A program made the translations under genes and the position numbers. Shown here piece after piece: positions 20,902 to 28,970 of a stretch of 64,000 bases of DNA. Position 1 is the stretch's first letter. The number at the start of each line of letters is the position of its first letter. Under the pieces are notes generated by a model that had not been told where the DNA came from, ran no database searches, and was given only the letters and a program-made list of their open reading frames with translations. The stretch covers positions 384,001-448,000 of the forward strand of contig CALSNU010000001.1 in NCBI GenBank assembly GCA_943787795.1, written 5' to 3'. The stretch comes from an uncultured bacterium (GTDB lineage Bacteria > Planctomycetota > UBA1135 > GCA-002686595).

Positions 20902-22323
20902 ATGAACCCCGGAGATTTCAACCAGGCGCTCGACGAGGTCCTCTGCCGGGCGCTCTCCGAGGATCTCGGGATCGAGGTCAGGGCGGATACGCGGGTGGAG
21001 GACCTCGTCGGTCAGGACGTGACCACGCGCAACGCCGTGGGAGCGGGGGTCATCGGTCGGGCGACTCTGATCGCGAAGGAGGCCGGAGTCTTCGCCGGAG
21101 GGGCCATCTTCGAGCGCATCCTCCGGATGCTCGACCCCCGCTCGGCGGTGGACGCCGTCGTGCCCGACGGGCAGCTCATCGTCCCTGGAGACATTGTGCT
21201 CCATGCACGCGGTGAGGCCCGCGCGCTGCTCGTGGCCGAGCGAACGGCCCTCAACCTGGTGCAGCGCATGTCAGGCGTCGCCTCCCGGACCCGGGAGGCC
21301 GTCGACCAGGTCGAGGGGACGGGGGTCCGCATCCTCGACACGCGCAAGACGGCCCCCGGCCTCCGTCTCCTGGACAAGTACGCCGTGCGGGTCGGGGGTG
21401 GGGTCAACCATCGGATCGGGCTCTACGACGAGGCGATGGTGAAGGAGAACCACATCGACCTCTCGGGCCGGACCGTCGAGGTGCTCCTGGCGGATCTCCG
21501 CGCGGACGTCGGGCCCGCCGTGACGATCACCTGCGAGGCTCGTGACCCCGCGGAGGCCGAGGCCGCCGTGCGTGGGGACGCGGACGTTGTATTGCTCGAC
21601 AACATGACGCCCGACCAGATGTCCGCGCTGGTCCCTGCGCTACGAGAGCTGGCGGGCAGCCGTGGCCGCCCGGTCGCCCTGGAGGCGTCGGGGGGGATCA
21701 CCCTTGAGGCGCTCTCCGCTGTCGCTGGCACCGGCGTGGATCGGATCTCCATGGGAGCGCTGACCCACTCGCCAAGGGCCCTTGACCTCTCCCTCCAGCT
21801 GAGCTTCGTCGTCCCGGAGGAGGGGCCGAGCTCGGAGGTGCAGTGCGTTCAGTCCAGTGATGGCACGCTCGAGCTGGACCTCCCCGCCACCCACGCCCAC
21901 GGGCGGATGGCGCGGCGGGTCGCGACCCACTTCGCCGAAGAGCGAGGTCTCAGCAGCCAGCTGATCGAGACCTTCCAATTCGTGGTGGGGGAGCTCGTGG
22001 ACAACGCGATCGACCACGGCGGGGGGGACGCCGCGCATCACCTCTCCGACCTCGCGAGCGACGTGCGGGTGCGCATGGTTGTCCGGCTGGACGCTGATGC
22101 CGGGGACGGCCGCGCCTGGGCTGTCCGGGTGGACGATCAAGGGGGAGGAGACGTGGCCGCCGTCGAGGGCTTCATTCGACCCGAGAGTGGGTTCCCTGAC
22201 CTCGAGGACGAGCGCGGGCGCGGGCTGTTTCTGCTCGCAGAGATGGTCGACCACCTCGAGGTGACCCTCTCTCCGGACGGAAAGGGGCTCAGCCTGGAAG
22301 CCACCATGGACTCGAATGCCTGA
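20902..22323 (+). CDS. nadC: quinolinate phosphoribosyltransferase fused to an RsbW-like HATPase domain
   Basis: ERTALN, DTRKT, NHRIGLYD, KENH, LLDN, EASGGI, ISMGALTH; then ELVDNAIDHG, DDQGGG and DERGRGLFL with no intervening stop. Confidence 0.9.
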   Translation: MNPGDFNQALDEVLCRALSEDLGIEVRADTRVEDLVGQDVTTRNAVGAGVIGRATLIAKEAGVFAGGAIFERILRMLDPRSAVDAVVPDGQLIVPGDIVLHARGEARALLVAERTALNLVQRMSGVASRTREAVDQVEGTGVRILDTRKTAPGLRLLDKYAVRVGGGVNHRIGLYDEAMVKENHIDLSGRTVEVLLADLRADVGPAVTITCEARDPAEAEAAVRGDADVVLLDNMTPDQMSALVPALRELAGSRGRPVALEASGGITLEALSAVAGTGVDRISMGALTHSPRALDLSLQLSFVVPEEGPSSEVQCVQSSDGTLELDLPATHAHGRMARRVATHFAEERGLSSQLIETFQFVVGELVDNAIDHGGGDAAHHLSDLASDVRVRMVVRLDADAGDGRAWAVRVDDQGGGDVAAVEGFIRPESGFPDLEDERGRGLFLLAEMVDHLEVTLSPDGKGLSLEATMDSNA

Positions 22324-22888
22324 GACCACGTTGCCCTCCGCAGGTGAGAGGTGGCTGCGAGGCGCGGGGCAGGTGCTGCTGGCCCAGCCGCGATGGCTCT
22401 CCTGGCTCGCTCCCATCGCCTGGGCTGCCGCCATCTTCAGCCTGTCGGCGTCGGATGGCGTGCTGGAGGATCTCCCGGTCCTGCCCTTCCAGGGGTTCAT
22501 CTGGAACTTCGCGCACCCCGTCGTCTTCGGTGTGCTCGCCCTGCTGGTCGTCCCGGTGGCGCCGAGGCGGGTCGAGGGCGGTCGTCGCTGGACGGCCATG
22601 AGCGCCATCGGCGCCGTCTGGACCGTCGTCTTGGTGACGCTCTACGGGTTCACGGACGAGCTCCACCAGTCCACGGTGCCTGGGCGGGATGCCTCTCTCC
22701 TGGACGTGCTCTCCGACGGGGTCGGGGCCTCGGCGGTCATCGTGGTCGTGCTCTACCTGGGGCGGGATGAGCCCAATCCAGGCGGGCTGCGAATTCGCCT
22801 CCTGGGGGGCTTGATCGGCTGCATGGGCGCAGCCGCGCTCGCGACCGCTTGGGACATTCGTCACAGCGAAGGGCTCTGGCCGTTCTGA
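22316..22888 (+). CDS. VanZ family membrane protein
   Basis: IFSLS, NFAHPVVFGVL, YGFTDELHQSTVPGRDASLLDVLSDGVG. Confidence 0.9.
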   Translation: MPETTLPSAGERWLRGAGQVLLAQPRWLSWLAPIAWAAAIFSLSASDGVLEDLPVLPFQGFIWNFAHPVVFGVLALLVVPVAPRRVEGGRRWTAMSAIGAVWTVVLVTLYGFTDELHQSTVPGRDASLLDVLSDGVGASAVIVVVLYLGRDEPNPGGLRIRLLGGLIGCMGAAALATAWDIRHSEGLWPF

Positions 22889-22931
22889 GCCCTCCCCCGC
22901 GAGCCGTGCGCGTAGACTCGCGCGCCGAATC

Positions 22932-24362
22932 ATGAGCGAAGAGCAGTACACCAGCCCACTTGGGGCGCGCTATGCCAGCCGGGAGATGCGCGCCAACTTC
23001 TCCGACCGCACCAAGTTCACGACCTGGCGTCGCCTCTGGATCGCCCTCGCGGAGTCCGAGCAGGAGCTCGGCCTCGCGATCAGCGATGAGCAGCTGGACG
23101 AGCTGCGAGCGCACGCCACGGACCTGGACCTTGAGCTCGCGGCGAAGTACGAGAAGGAGCTCCGCCACGACGTCATGGCCCACGTTCACGCGTGGGGCGA
23201 CGTCTGCCCGAAGGCGCGGCCGATCATCCACCTCGGGGCGACGTCTTGCTACGTCGGCGACAACACCGACCTGATCATCATGCGCGAGGGGCTGCGGCAG
23301 CTCCGCGGCCAGATGGTCGGCGTCCTGGCCGAGCTCGCGGCCTTCGCGCGCGAGTGGAAGGACCTGCCCACCCTCGGGTTCACGCACTTCCAGCCCGCGC
23401 AGGCCACCACGGTCGGCAAGCGAGCCTGCCTCTGGATCCAGGACCTCGTGCACGACCTCGACGACCTTGAGCAGGTCGAGTCCCAGATCCGCTTCCGGGG
23501 CGTGAAGGGGACGACGGGCACCCAGGCCAGCTTCCTCGAGCTGTTCGATGGGGATCACGGAAAGGTCCGCAAGCTCGATGAGCTGGTCACCGCCAAGATG
23601 GGCTTCGACCGCACCTTCGGCGTCACTGGACAGACCTACCCGCGCAAGCTCGACTTCCGCGTCCTGCAGGTCCTCTCCTCGATCTCGCAGTCGGCTCATA
23701 AGTTCGCGACGGACCTCCGCCTGCTGGCGAACAAGCGCGAGCTCGAGGAGCCGTTCGGTAGCAAGCAGATCGGCTCGTCCGCGATGCCGTGGAAGCGCAA
23801 CCCCATGCGCTCCGAGCGCATCTGCGCGCTCTCACGCTTCGTCATCGAGCTGGTGGGCAACGCGGCGCACACCGCGGCCAACCAGTGGCTCGAGCGCACC
23901 CTGGATGATTCTGCGAACCGCCGGCTCTCCATCGCCGAGGGATTCCTCGCCACGGACGCGGTGCTCAGCCTCTACTGCGACGTTGCGGGTGGCCTCCTCG
24001 TACATCCCCCGATCGTCGCCCGCCATCTGGACGCCGAGCTCCCGTTCCTCGCCTCCGAGGCGGTGATGATGGAGGCGGTCAAGGCCGGCGGTGACCGCCA
24101 GGATCTCCACGAGCGGATCCGGGTCCACAGCCACGCCGCCGCTGGAGAGCTCAAGGCGGGCCGGGAGCCGGACCTGCGGGAGCGGCTGGCGAGCGACCCG
24201 GCCTTCGAGGCCGTGGCTGGCCGTCTGGACGACCTCCTCGACGGCCGACGCTACGTCGGGCGGGCCCCGGAGCAGGTCGAGGAGTTCCTCGAGGCCGAGG
24301 TGGATCCGGTCCTGAGCAAGTACGCCGACATCGCCCGCCGTGAGGCCGAGATCCGGGTCTGA
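22932..24362 (+). CDS. purB: adenylosuccinate lyase
   Basis: RHDVMAH, IHLGATS, GFTHFQPAQ, signature GSSAMPWKRNP. Confidence 0.97.
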   Translation: MSEEQYTSPLGARYASREMRANFSDRTKFTTWRRLWIALAESEQELGLAISDEQLDELRAHATDLDLELAAKYEKELRHDVMAHVHAWGDVCPKARPIIHLGATSCYVGDNTDLIIMREGLRQLRGQMVGVLAELAAFAREWKDLPTLGFTHFQPAQATTVGKRACLWIQDLVHDLDDLEQVESQIRFRGVKGTTGTQASFLELFDGDHGKVRKLDELVTAKMGFDRTFGVTGQTYPRKLDFRVLQVLSSISQSAHKFATDLRLLANKRELEEPFGSKQIGSSAMPWKRNPMRSERICALSRFVIELVGNAAHTAANQWLERTLDDSANRRLSIAEGFLATDAVLSLYCDVAGGLLVHPPIVARHLDAELPFLASEAVMMEAVKAGGDRQDLHERIRVHSHAAAGELKAGREPDLRERLASDPAFEAVAGRLDDLLDGRRYVGRAPEQVEEFLEAEVDPVLSKYADIARREAEIRV

Positions 24363-24449
24363 GGCGGCGTGTGGCCCCCTCAGGGCGTTCCAGGAAGGGG
24401 GTGGGCTGAGTCATTTGTCGCAGGCCGCGTCGGAGTCCGATGCCACGGA

Positions 24450-24497
24450 TTGACACACGCTCGGTCCGCTTGCAATCTCCCCGCGAGCAGACCGAGT
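24450..24497 (+). promoter_or_regulatory. sigma70-like promoter overlapped by an imperfect inverted repeat
   Basis: TTGACA at 24450-24455 with TGCAAT or CAATCT 15-17 nt downstream; arms GCTCGGTCCGCTTGC and GCGAGCAGACCGAGT. Confidence 0.5.
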
Positions 24498-24583
24498 GGC
24501 CTGGCCCGACCTGACCTCTGTCAGCCGGATAGCGTTTGCCACCACGAACCCTCGAGCGCACCCCCAGATCCCCCCCAACGCAC

Positions 24584-25510
24584 GTGACCAAGCCCGGAAT
24601 CCCCAACGACCTCGTCCTGTCGACGTCGTGCTACGGCCCACGGCTGCGTTCCATCGAGGACCAGGCGTTCTCGGCGGTGGCGATGGGCTTCCGGAGGCTG
24701 GAGCTGGGGCTCTCTGCGACGCCTCCGGAGCTGCGGGGGTGGGACGACGCTCGCCGTGAGACCGGGATCGAGATGTCCTGCGTCGTCGTGGGGTCGCTCA
24801 AGCCCAAGACCCCGTCCATGACGGGGAGCATGCTCGGCAGCCTGGACGCGGATCAGCGCGAGATGGCGCTCAACAGCTCGCGGCGTCACGTTCAGCTTGC
24901 CCAGAGTCTCGGCGCGCCGGTGGTCATCCTCCGCGGCTGCGCGGTGGAGGACGCCAAGCTCGAGCGCGAGGCGGCGAAGCTCCTCGACGAGCACTCCAGC
25001 ACCCACGTGGACGACCTCGACATCGTCAAGGAGCGTACGCGGGACTTCGTCCATCGCCTCCAGGCGAAGTCGCAGCGTCAGGTGGAGCACTTCTGCCGCT
25101 CCGTGCACACCCTGCGCACCGAGTTCCCTGAGACCTTCTTCGCCATCGCGCCGGGCAACGACCTCGACGACCTCTTCGGCTTCGAGGCGGTGCAGTGGAT
25201 CCTCGACGATCTGGCGGCTCACAAGGTCGGGTACTGGCACGACACGGCCCGGATTCATCGCCGCGGCAAGCTCGGGATTCCCGATCAGGGCGCCTGGCTG
25301 GAGGCCTTCTCGGGCCGTGCGCTCGGCGTGCACCTGCGGGACGCCACGGACTCCGATTTCGGGCTCCCGCCGAGCCTCGGCGAGGTGGACTTCAAGCTGG
25401 TCAGCGAGTACCTGCCAAAGGACTGCGCCCGGGTCGTCGATGTCGACCCGACCCACGGGCGACCGGAGGTCCTGGCGTCCGTTCAGTTCCTCCTGGGGCT
25501 GGGCTTCTAG
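24584..25510 (+). CDS. xylose isomerase-like TIM-barrel protein (sugar phosphate isomerase/epimerase family)
   Basis: LSTSC, MGFRRLELG, YWHDTA, GVHLRD, GEVDF; GTG start 24584 preferred. Confidence 0.8.
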   Translation: MTKPGIPNDLVLSTSCYGPRLRSIEDQAFSAVAMGFRRLELGLSATPPELRGWDDARRETGIEMSCVVVGSLKPKTPSMTGSMLGSLDADQREMALNSSRRHVQLAQSLGAPVVILRGCAVEDAKLEREAAKLLDEHSSTHVDDLDIVKERTRDFVHRLQAKSQRQVEHFCRSVHTLRTEFPETFFAIAPGNDLDDLFGFEAVQWILDDLAAHKVGYWHDTARIHRRGKLGIPDQGAWLEAFSGRALGVHLRDATDSDFGLPPSLGEVDFKLVSEYLPKDCARVVDVDPTHGRPEVLASVQFLLGLGF

Positions 25511-25716
25511 CCTCCGGTGACGCGCCCCGCGTGCTGGGGCGCCGGGATGGCCGGTCTCGCAACGGGCTGAATTCGCCAGTTGGCTAGAAGTCTCTTTGGC
25601 GTAAAGGCTTAGAGGTCAATGGGGGGCCAGTTCTCGGAGAGGGTCATGGCCTCGTCCCCCCCGAAGGCTCGATAATGCTCCGTCGCGCACCGCGTTCCTC
25701 GGTGCGCACATCTGCC

Positions 25717-26880
25717 ATGACCGAAACCTCCAATGGTCCGACGGCGGCCCCGGCCGACCGCCGGCTCGATCTGCCGCACCCGCTCGATGAAGGAGCCGCT
25801 CCTCGCTTCGGCGGGACGGCGCCGGTGGAGCACCTGCGTGGAGTCCTGTCCGCGTGCTGCGAGTCGAGCGCTTCGGAGGTCCGTGGGCGCTTCCTGATCC
25901 TCACCCACATGGGGCCGGACCCTGACGCGCTGGGGGCCTGCGAGGGCCTCCGGCTGCTCCTGGAGAAGGGGTTCGGGCACGACTGCGTGGTCGCCACCCA
26001 CGGCAAGGTGCACCGAGCGGAGAACGTGGCGCTGCTCGAGACGTTGGAGCTCGATCTGGCGGACTACGAGTCCACGGACGTGAGCGGCTTCTGCGGCGTG
26101 CTCCTGGTGGACACCCAGCCCGCGTTCCGGCACACGGTCGTCCCCGCCGCGCCCGCGGTCGTGGCGGTCTTTGATCATCACCGCTCGCCGCAGTCCGATG
26201 CCGGCGCGAGAGAGATCCCTCACGAGGACGTTCGTGTCGACCTCGGCGCCACGTCATCGATCCTCTTCGAGTACCTGCGTGACGCTGGCGTGGCGCTCGA
26301 CGAGCGCACCGCGTCCGCCCTGTTCTGCGGCATCCGGTACGACACCGCAGACCTGTCGAGGAACGCCTCTCCGCTCGACGAGGAGGCGTACATCGAGACC
26401 TTCAAGCTGGGGGACCGCCCCCGGATCGCGGCGATTGACAACCCGCCGCTCTCCCGCAGCTACTACCGGCACGTGGCCCAGGCGCTGACGACGGCCCGCC
26501 AGCACGGCCCGCTGATCATCGCGCTCCTCGGGCGGGTCGAGAACCCGGAGCACGTCGCGGAGATGGCCGACTTCTTCCTTCGGATGAAGGGCTGCTCCTG
26601 GGTCGTTGCGGGGGGGGCGTTCGAGGAGTCCTACGTGCTCTCGTTGCGGACCGACTACTCGTTCGGCAAGGCCTACCCCCTCATCGAGCGCGTGCTCGGA
26701 GACGAGGGGTCCTTCGGTGGTCATGGACACATCGCGGGTGGGCGGATCCCCATGGAGGACCCCGGGCAGAGCGCCATCGGGAGCATCGAGCGGCGGCTGC
26801 TCAAGAACGCGTTGGCGGTCATCTCAGCGTCCAGCGAGGACGGGGCCGAGGCCCCCGACGGTCGCCGGCTTGATGAGTAG
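25717..26880 (+). CDS. DHH/DHHA1 phosphoesterase (NrnA-like)
   Basis: THxxPDPDA, LVDTQP, VFDHH, GIRYDT, GGHGHIAGG. Confidence 0.92.
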   Translation: MTETSNGPTAAPADRRLDLPHPLDEGAAPRFGGTAPVEHLRGVLSACCESSASEVRGRFLILTHMGPDPDALGACEGLRLLLEKGFGHDCVVATHGKVHRAENVALLETLELDLADYESTDVSGFCGVLLVDTQPAFRHTVVPAAPAVVAVFDHHRSPQSDAGAREIPHEDVRVDLGATSSILFEYLRDAGVALDERTASALFCGIRYDTADLSRNASPLDEEAYIETFKLGDRPRIAAIDNPPLSRSYYRHVAQALTTARQHGPLIIALLGRVENPEHVAEMADFFLRMKGCSWVVAGGAFEESYVLSLRTDYSFGKAYPLIERVLGDEGSFGGHGHIAGGRIPMEDPGQSAIGSIERRLLKNALAVISASSEDGAEAPDGRRLDE

Positions 26881-26913
26881 GTTCCGGCGCCCCGCGTCGG
26901 ATAGGCTCTGCCC

Positions 26914-27702
26914 ATGAGCAGAGCAGATGCAGCGTCCCTCCCCGAGGTGCTCCTGGTGGGCGGCGTGGACTCCTCCGGCGGCGCCGGCCTCGACGCAGAT
27001 CGGGAGGCGGCCCTCGCCCTCGAGTGCGCCTCCCACGAGGTCGCCAGCGCCATCACGGACCAGGACCTCTTCGAGGTGCGTCGGGTCGAGGAGCGGATGA
27101 TGTGGGCTGGAGAGGCGGAGGCACACCTGGACGGTGGCCAGCTCGCGGTCATGAAGTTCGGGCTCCTGCCCGGCGTCGCCTCGATCGTGGAGGCCGCGCG
27201 GCTCATCGCCCGGGGCCGTCACGGGGCCCGTCGGATCCCGGCGGTGGTCGATCCGGTCATCAAGGCGTCCAGCGGCTACAGGTTCTGGTCGGACCGAGAG
27301 ATCGTCCAGGCGCGGGACAGCCTCCTGGTCTCGGGGCCCATCCTGACTCCCAACCTCGACGAGCTCGCCGAGCTCACCTGGTCTGATCGCGCCGAGATCG
27401 ACCGTTCCCCCGACGCCCGGGTCCAGGCGGCGGACCGTCTTCTACGAGCGGGCGTGAGCGGGGTGGTGGCCACCGGGGGGCATGGATCGGACGGAGAAGT
27501 GGTGCGCGATCTCGTCCTGGAACCCGGAGCGGAGCCGATCTGGGTGGACCGCCCTCGGGTTCCGGGCGAGGGGATTCGCGGCTCGGGATGCCGGTTCGCG
27601 GCCGCCCTGGCGTGTGGCCTGGCCCGGGGAGCCCCCCTTGCCGAGGCCGCCCGCACCGCCGGAGACTTTGTCTCCGGCCGGATCAGGGAGTCGAACTCCT
27701 AG
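26914..27702 (+). CDS. thiD: hydroxymethylpyrimidine/phosphomethylpyrimidine kinase
   Basis: GVDSSGGAGLDAD, KFGLL, VVDPV, TPNLDE, GGHG, RGSGC. Confidence 0.88.
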   Translation: MSRADAASLPEVLLVGGVDSSGGAGLDADREAALALECASHEVASAITDQDLFEVRRVEERMMWAGEAEAHLDGGQLAVMKFGLLPGVASIVEAARLIARGRHGARRIPAVVDPVIKASSGYRFWSDREIVQARDSLLVSGPILTPNLDELAELTWSDRAEIDRSPDARVQAADRLLRAGVSGVVATGGHGSDGEVVRDLVLEPGAEPIWVDRPRVPGEGIRGSGCRFAAALACGLARGAPLAEAARTAGDFVSGRIRESNS

Positions 27703-27730
27703 GGGTTGGGCAGGTTCTTTGTGCTCGGGG

Positions 27731-27758
27731 TTGCCTCTCCCGGCTCGCGAGCTATCCT
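27731..27758 (+). promoter_or_regulatory. putative tRNA-Gly promoter
   Basis: TTGCCT-N16-TATCCT ending 10 nt before the tRNA. Confidence 0.6.
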
Positions 27759-27768
27759 TCTCCGCGAC

Positions 27769-27843
27769 GCGGCTGTAGCTCAGTGGTAGAGCGCAACCTT
27801 GCCAAGGTTGATGTCGTGAGTTCGAATCTCATCAGCCGCTCCA
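27769..27843 (+). tRNA. tRNA-Gly (GCC)
   Basis: Acceptor GCGGCTG/CAGCCGC, anticodon arm CAACC-TTGCCAA-GGTTG, TTCGAAT T-loop, encoded CCA. Confidence 0.98.
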
Positions 27844-27851
27844 TCATCCAA

Positions 27852-27893
27852 CAGAACGCCGTTCCGACCCTGGTCGGGGCGGCGTTTTGCTTT
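27852..27893 (+). terminator. Rho-independent terminator after tRNA-Gly
   Basis: Stem CAGAACGCCGTTCCGACC with GGTCGGGGCGGCGTTTTG, followed by a T-rich tail. Confidence 0.8.
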
Positions 27894-28015
27894 GCCCCGT
27901 AGCTTCCGCAGCCCCGCAGCTCCCGGAGCCTCGGCGCGCGTAGCGACTCGTGGGGCCCAGCGCTCGCGGGGGCCGGGCGGTGAGCCTTAGGCGCCGCAAG
28001 ACCCGGGTCCTTGAC

Positions 28016-28085
28016 TGAGTCGACGACATGAGCCGACGACATGAGCCGACGACATGAGTCGACGACATGAGTCGACGACTGAGCC
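28016..28085. repeat. 13-bp intergenic tandem repeat x5 (TGAGYCGACGACA)
   Basis: Units at 28016, 28029, 28042, 28055 and 28068. Confidence 0.95.
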
Positions 28086-28134
28086 TCAGCGCAGAACAGC
28101 GGCAGAGTCCTCGACCCTGGACCTGGCCGACAGC

Positions 28135-28953
28135 TCAGCCGACGTGGATGGTGCCGCGCAGGTAGATCCTGGCGCCGCCGGCCATCCGGACTCGATCGCC
28201 CTCGAGCTCGCACCGCAGCCGTCCGCCGCGGGCCGACACCTGCCGGGCCGTGAGCTCGTGCTTGCCCAGGTGGGCGGCCCAGTAGGGGACCAGCTGGCAA
28301 TGGGCCGAGCCCGTGACCGGGTCCTCGAGCACGCCGAGGGTGGGGGCGAAGAAGCGGCTGACGAAGTCCACGCCCGGTGACGCGCTCGCCGCGGTGGCGA
28401 TGATGGGGATCGCGGCGCGGCGCAGGTGGTCCTCCCGGGGATCCAGGGCGCGGACAGCCTCCTCGGAGGGGAGGACGGCGAGGGCGTAGCGGTGGAGGAA
28501 GACCGCCTCCACGGGCGCGTCGAGGGCGCGCTCGATCGCGTCGAGCTGGTCGGGGCCAGGGGCGCGGGTCGGGACCGCAGCGGGAAGGTCAATCTCCACC
28601 TGATCTCCGCCTCCGAGCGAGGCGGTCAGGGGGCCGCTCCGGGTGGAGAAGTGAACCTGCGTCGCGCCGTCGAGGGCTCCAAGATCTCGAAGCGCGGCGG
28701 CCGCGCCCAGGGTGGCGTGGCCGCAGAGGTCAACCTCGGTCGTGGGAGTGAACCACCGCAGGGCAAACGTGGGGGCGTCGCCCTCCGCGTCGGGGATGGG
28801 CGCCGTGAACGCGGTCTCCGAGAGGTTGTTCTCCTCGGCGATCTGCTGCATCAGCCCATCGTGGATGGGCTCCTCGAGGGGCACGACGGCGGCAGGGTTG
28901 CCGGTGAAGGGGCCTTCCTCGAAGGCGTCGACCTGAAACAAGGGGAGCTGCAT
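28135..28953 (-). CDS. PhzF family isomerase
   Basis: QVDAF, GNPAAV, NLSETAF, EVDLCGHATL, EDPVTGSA. Confidence 0.95.
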   Translation of the reverse strand: MQLPLFQVDAFEEGPFTGNPAAVVPLEEPIHDGLMQQIAEENNLSETAFTAPIPDAEGDAPTFALRWFTPTTEVDLCGHATLGAAAALRDLGALDGATQVHFSTRSGPLTASLGGGDQVEIDLPAAVPTRAPGPDQLDAIERALDAPVEAVFLHRYALAVLPSEEAVRALDPREDHLRRAAIPIIATAASASPGVDFVSRFFAPTLGVLEDPVTGSAHCQLVPYWAAHLGKHELTARQVSARGGRLRCELEGDRVRMAGGARIYLRGTIHVG

Positions 28954-28970
28954 GGGTACGATCGGCAGGC

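Noticed and set aside
28016..28085. Repeat array near tRNA-Gly as a CRISPR array
   Set aside because: Units are 13 bp and head-to-tail with no spacers, and there are no cas genes in the window.
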